Source: Oscillospiraceae bacterium
GTDB lineage: Bacteria > Bacillota > Clostridia > Oscillospirales > Oscillospiraceae
Direction of reading: 5' to 3'
NCBI GenBank assembly: GCA_017515345.1
Contig: JAFWFZ010000007.1
Coordinates: forward strand, 3,678-67,677
DNA: 64,000 nt
Positions 51,113 to 55,223 of the stretch are shown in pieces. A program made the position numbers and the translations under genes. The notes under the pieces were generated by a model. The model worked only from the letters and a program-made list of their open reading frames with translations. It did no database searches and had not been told where the DNA came from. Positions within the stretch are counted from its first letter, which is position 1, and each line of letters opens with the position of its first letter.

Positions 51113-51946
51113 ATGAGATTCACAAAAATGCAGGGCATCGGGAACGACTATGTATACGTAAACTGTTTTGAGGAGACGGTGGCGGACCCCGCGGCCGTGG
51201 CCGTGACGGTCTCCGACCGGCACTTCGGCGTCGGCTCCGACGGGCTGATCCTCATCTGCCCCTCGGAGACGGCGGACTTCAGGATGCGCATGTTCAACGC
51301 CGACGGCAGCGAGGGGAGCATGTGCGGCAACGGCATCCGCTGCCTGGGCAAATACGTCCGGGACCGGGGCCTCACGGAGAAGGATGAGATCACGGTGGAG
51401 ACCCTGTCCGGGATCAAGACGCTGCAGCTTCTCCGCGACGGCGGCGTGACGGCCGCGGTGCGGGTGGACATGGGCGCGCCGGGGCTCTCCTGCAGCCAGG
51501 TGCCCGTCCTCCACAGCGGCGAACGGTTCGTGGATCTGCCGCTGACCGCGGGGGAACACACCCTGCGCTTCACCTGCGTCTCCATGGGCAACCCCCACGC
51601 CGTCACCTTCGTGGAGGATACCGCCGCGGTGGCGCTGGAGAAGATCGGGCCCCTCTTTGAAAATCACCCCGTCTTCCCCCGGCGCGCCAACATCGAGTTC
51701 ATTCAGCGCATCGACGATCATACCATCAGAATGCGGGTATGGGAGCGGGGCAGCGGCGAGACCCTGGCCTGCGGCACCGGCGCCTGCGCCAGCGTGGTCG
51801 CCTCGGCGCTCTGCGGCGTCTGCTCGAGGGAGGCCACGGTAAAGCTCCTGGGCGGCGACCTGGACATCCGGTGGAGCGAGGAGGACGATCACGTCTATAT
51901 GACGGGGCCGGCGGCCTTCGTGTTCGACGGGGAGATCGCCCTCTGA
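51113..51946 (+). CDS. dapF: Diaminopimelate epimerase
   Basis: 277 aa from ATG 51113 (MRFTKMQGIGNDYVYV) with the catalytic Cys motifs SMCGNG and LACGTG. Confidence 0.92.
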   Translation: MRFTKMQGIGNDYVYVNCFEETVADPAAVAVTVSDRHFGVGSDGLILICPSETADFRMRMFNADGSEGSMCGNGIRCLGKYVRDRGLTEKDEITVETLSGIKTLQLLRDGGVTAAVRVDMGAPGLSCSQVPVLHSGERFVDLPLTAGEHTLRFTCVSMGNPHAVTFVEDTAAVALEKIGPLFENHPVFPRRANIEFIQRIDDHTIRMRVWERGSGETLACGTGACASVVASALCGVCSREATVKLLGGDLDIRWSEEDDHVYMTGPAAFVFDGEIAL

Positions 51947-51972
51947 GGCGCGCCCGTTTTTGCAATTTCTTC

Positions 51973-52001
51973 TTGACTTTCCTGCAATATGGGCTTATCA
52001 T
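51973..52001 (+). promoter_or_regulatory. Putative sigma-A promoter of glmM
   Basis: TTGACT, 17 nt, then TATCAT. Confidence 0.6.
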
Positions 52002-52061
52002 AAATTGTCAATTTTTGCAGGCGCTTTATCAACGTCAACGTCAATAAAGGAGAGTGGAGTT

Positions 52062-53426
52062 ATGGGCAAATACTTTGGAACGGACGGCTTCCGCGGCAAG
52101 GCCGGCGCCGAGCTGACGGCGGAGCACGCCTTCATGATCGGGCGGTTCCTGGGCTGGTATTACACCGTCAAGCAGGGCCGGGACACGGCGAAGATCGTCA
52201 TCGGCAAGGATACCCGCCGTTCCTCCTACATGTATGAAAACGCGCTGGCAGCCGGCATCACCTCCTCCGGGGCGGACGCCTACCTGCTGCACGTCACCAC
52301 GACGCCCTGCGTCAGCTTCATCACCAGAACGGAGAATTTTGACTGCGGCGTGATGATCTCCGCCAGCCACAATCCCTTCTCGGACAACGGCATCAAGCTC
52401 ATGAACGGCATCGGCGAGAAGATGGACGACGACCTTCAGGACGAGCTGGAGCGGTATATCGACGGCGAGCCCGCCGAGCTCCCCTCCGCGGAGGGGGCCG
52501 ACATCGGCCGCACGGTGGACTTCTACTCCGGCCGCAACCGCTACATCGGCTATCTGACCAGCCTCTCCACCAAATCCTTTGAGAAGCACACGGTGGCGCT
52601 GGACTGCGCCAACGGCAGCTCCTGGATGATCGGGCGCGCCGTGTTCGACGCCCTGGGCGCCAAGACCCACGTCATCAACAACACGCCCGACGGGGTGAAC
52701 ATCAACCTGAACTGCGGCTCCACCCATATCGAGGGGCTGCAGAAATACGTGCTGGAAAACAACCTGGACGTGGGCTTCGCCTTCGACGGCGACGCGGACC
52801 GGTGCCTCGCGGTCGATGAGCACGGCAGCGTGGTCAACGGCGACATGATCATGTACATCTGCGCCAAATACATGAAGGAACGCGGCCAGCTCCCCAGCAA
52901 CACCGTGGTCACCACCGTCATGTCCAACTTCGGCCTGTACAAGGCCCTGGACCGGGAGGGCATCTTCTATGAGAAGACGGCCGTGGGCGACCGCTACGTC
53001 TATGAGAATATGAAGGAAAACGATCATCTCATCGGCGGCGAGCAGTCCGGCCACATCATCTTCCGCAAGTTCGCCCACACGGGCGACGGCCTCATCACCG
53101 CCATCATGCTCATGGGCGTGATGATCGACACCCAGCTCCCCCTCTCCGTGCTGGCCTCCGGGATGAGCATGTATCCCCAGGTGCTGAAAAACGTGAAGGT
53201 GGACGATAAGGACGCCACCCTGGCCGATCCCCTGGTCGCCGCCTCCGTGGAGGAGTGCACCAGGCAGCTGGGCGACAACGGCCGCGTGCTGCTCCGGAAG
53301 AGCGGCACCGAGCCGGTGCTCCGGGTCATGGCCGAGGCGGGCACCTTCGAGGAATGCGAGAAACAGGTGGATTCCATGATCGCCGCCATGGAGCGGTCCG
53401 GTCATCTGATCGAGGTGAAAAAATAA
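52062..53426 (+). CDS. glmM: Phosphoglucosamine mutase
   Basis: 454 aa from ATG 52062 with the phosphoserine loop SASHNPFSDNGIK, the Mg loop FDGDADR and GEQSGH. Confidence 0.93.
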   Translation: MGKYFGTDGFRGKAGAELTAEHAFMIGRFLGWYYTVKQGRDTAKIVIGKDTRRSSYMYENALAAGITSSGADAYLLHVTTTPCVSFITRTENFDCGVMISASHNPFSDNGIKLMNGIGEKMDDDLQDELERYIDGEPAELPSAEGADIGRTVDFYSGRNRYIGYLTSLSTKSFEKHTVALDCANGSSWMIGRAVFDALGAKTHVINNTPDGVNINLNCGSTHIEGLQKYVLENNLDVGFAFDGDADRCLAVDEHGSVVNGDMIMYICAKYMKERGQLPSNTVVTTVMSNFGLYKALDREGIFYEKTAVGDRYVYENMKENDHLIGGEQSGHIIFRKFAHTGDGLITAIMLMGVMIDTQLPLSVLASGMSMYPQVLKNVKVDDKDATLADPLVAASVEECTRQLGDNGRVLLRKSGTEPVLRVMAEAGTFEECEKQVDSMIAAMERSGHLIEVKK

Positions 53427-54091
53427 TGCTGAAAATCTGCGAGCTCTATGATCTCGGCCACACACGCGCCTGCGAGTATCTCCGGCAGTTCACCTATCCC
53501 TGGGAGGCGCTGGCCGGCATTGCGGATCTGATCCGCGAGATCGGGAAAACCCTCTCCCCGGAGGAGTACGACCATCCCGCCGAGGATGTGTGGATCGCGA
53601 AGGACGCCACCGTGTACCACACCGCCTTCATCGCGGGCCCCTGCATCATCGGCCACAATACGGAGGTGCGCCAGTGCGCCTTCATCCGCGGCAGCGCCCT
53701 GGTGGGCGAGAACTGCGTGGTGGGCAACTCCACGGAGCTGAAAAACGTCATCCTGTTCGACAACGTCCAGGTCCCCCACTACAACTACGTGGGCGATTCC
53801 ATCCTGGGCTACAAGGCCCACATGGGCGCGGGCTCCGTCACCAGCAACGTGAAGAGCGACAAGACCCTGGTGGTGGTGAAAAACGGGGCCGAGCATTTCG
53901 ACACCGGCAGGAAAAAGGTGGGCGCCATGCTGGGCGACCGCGTTGAGGTGGGCTGCAACAGCGTGCTGAACCCCGGCACCGTGGTGGGCCGCGACTCCAG
54001 CGTCTACCCCGTCTCCTGCGTGCGCGGCGTTGTCCCCGCGTGCAGCATCTATAAAGGCCCGGACAACATCGTGCCGAAAGAAGATTTTTAA
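53426..54091 (+). CDS. Left-handed beta-helix (hexapeptide) acyltransferase resembling the GlmU C-terminal domain only
   Basis: 221 aa with repeated hexapeptide units (IGHNTEV, VGENCVVGNSTEL, VGDSILG, GAGSVTSN, VGCNSVL). The start overlaps the glmM stop (TAATG). There is no nucleotidyltransferase domain. Confidence 0.75.
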   Translation: MLKICELYDLGHTRACEYLRQFTYPWEALAGIADLIREIGKTLSPEEYDHPAEDVWIAKDATVYHTAFIAGPCIIGHNTEVRQCAFIRGSALVGENCVVGNSTELKNVILFDNVQVPHYNYVGDSILGYKAHMGAGSVTSNVKSDKTLVVVKNGAEHFDTGRKKVGAMLGDRVEVGCNSVLNPGTVVGRDSSVYPVSCVRGVVPACSIYKGPDNIVPKEDF

Positions 54092-54104
54092 AGGAGTGGT
54101 TCAA

Positions 54105-54836
54105 ATGAAAGTCATCGTATGTGAGGATTACGCCGCCGTAAGCGCCGCCGCCGCCGACATCATCGAGAAGATCGTCCGGGAAAAGCCCGACTGCACCCTT
54201 GGCCTCGCCACCGGCTCCAGCCCCGTGGGCATGTATCAGGAGCTGGCCCGCCGCTGCAGAGAGGAAGGGCTCGACTTCTCCGGGATCCACTCCGTGAATC
54301 TGGACGAGTACGTGGGACTGGAGCCCACCCACGACCAGAGCTACCGCTATTTTATGAACGACAACCTCTTCGACCACATCAACATCGACAAGAAAAACAC
54401 CTACGTGGCCAAGGGCACCGGCGACGTGGACGCCAACATCGCGGAGTTCAACGCCGTGCTGGACAAAACGGACATCGAGATCCAGGTCCTGGGCGTGGGC
54501 CCCGACGGTCACCTGGGCTTCAACGAGCCCGGCGACACCCTGTATGACGGCGCCCACAGGGAGGTGCTGGACGAGTCCACCATCGACGCCAACGCCCGCT
54601 TCTTTGCCACCCGGGACGAGGTGCCGCGCTACGCCGTCACCATGGGCATGGGCAACATCATGCGCGCCAGGGCCCTGCTGATGATCATCAGCGGCAACAA
54701 GCAGGAGGCCGCCGCGAAGCTCCTGATCCAGGACAAGATCGACCCCCGCTGCCCCGCCACCTTCATGCGGATGCACCGGGACGCCACCGTCATCCTGGAG
54801 AAGAAGCTGGCCGACGAGATCGGATACAAGGGCTGA
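54105..54836 (+). CDS. nagB: Glucosamine-6-phosphate deaminase
   Basis: 243 aa from ATG 54105 with GLATGSSP and LGVGPDGHLGFNEP. Confidence 0.9.
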   Translation: MKVIVCEDYAAVSAAAADIIEKIVREKPDCTLGLATGSSPVGMYQELARRCREEGLDFSGIHSVNLDEYVGLEPTHDQSYRYFMNDNLFDHINIDKKNTYVAKGTGDVDANIAEFNAVLDKTDIEIQVLGVGPDGHLGFNEPGDTLYDGAHREVLDESTIDANARFFATRDEVPRYAVTMGMGNIMRARALLMIISGNKQEAAAKLLIQDKIDPRCPATFMRMHRDATVILEKKLADEIGYKG

Positions 54837-55214
54837 GTTCTTCAAATGCGATCCACTTCGTTGGGATCGCATTTGATGGGACGAGAGAAACGACTCGCTT
54901 TCCATCGCCCTCGGCGCGGCGTGAAATGCGCCTTGTGCCCCCGCGCGAGCCCAACGAAGTGGGTCGCGCGGGGAGAGGACGAGCAGCGGAGAGAACGAGC
55001 TTTCGGCAAAGCAGGAAGCGAGAGGTTCGGAGCTTGTGCCGACGAAGGACGAGCAGCGGAGTGAATGAGTTCTGCCGCCTGCGGCGGAACGAACGATACG
55101 AAGCATGCGAGGACGAAGGCGCATGACCCCGGAAAAACGCTATGAATTCTTCCGGCGGGCGCCGGAACTCTGAAAAACAGGAACACAGGCTCGAAACCGG
55201 GCCTGTGTTTTTTT
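54837..55214 (+). other. Hairpin-dense, purine-rich non-coding segment (candidate sRNA / 3'UTR-derived RNA or decayed repeat element)
   Basis: Hairpins lie at 54844-54874 (11 bp), 54939-54973 (14 bp, hexaloop ACGAAG), 55075-55087, 55104-55125 and 55150-55167, plus the terminator at 55183-55214. There is a 25-nt direct repeat at 54976 and 55046, and no credible ORF. See findings. Confidence 0.5.
55183..55214 (+). terminator. Intrinsic terminator
   Basis: 8-bp stem ACACAGGC/GCCTGTGT (extendable) followed by TTTTTTT. Confidence 0.8.
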
Positions 55215-55223
55215 GCTCCGGGA

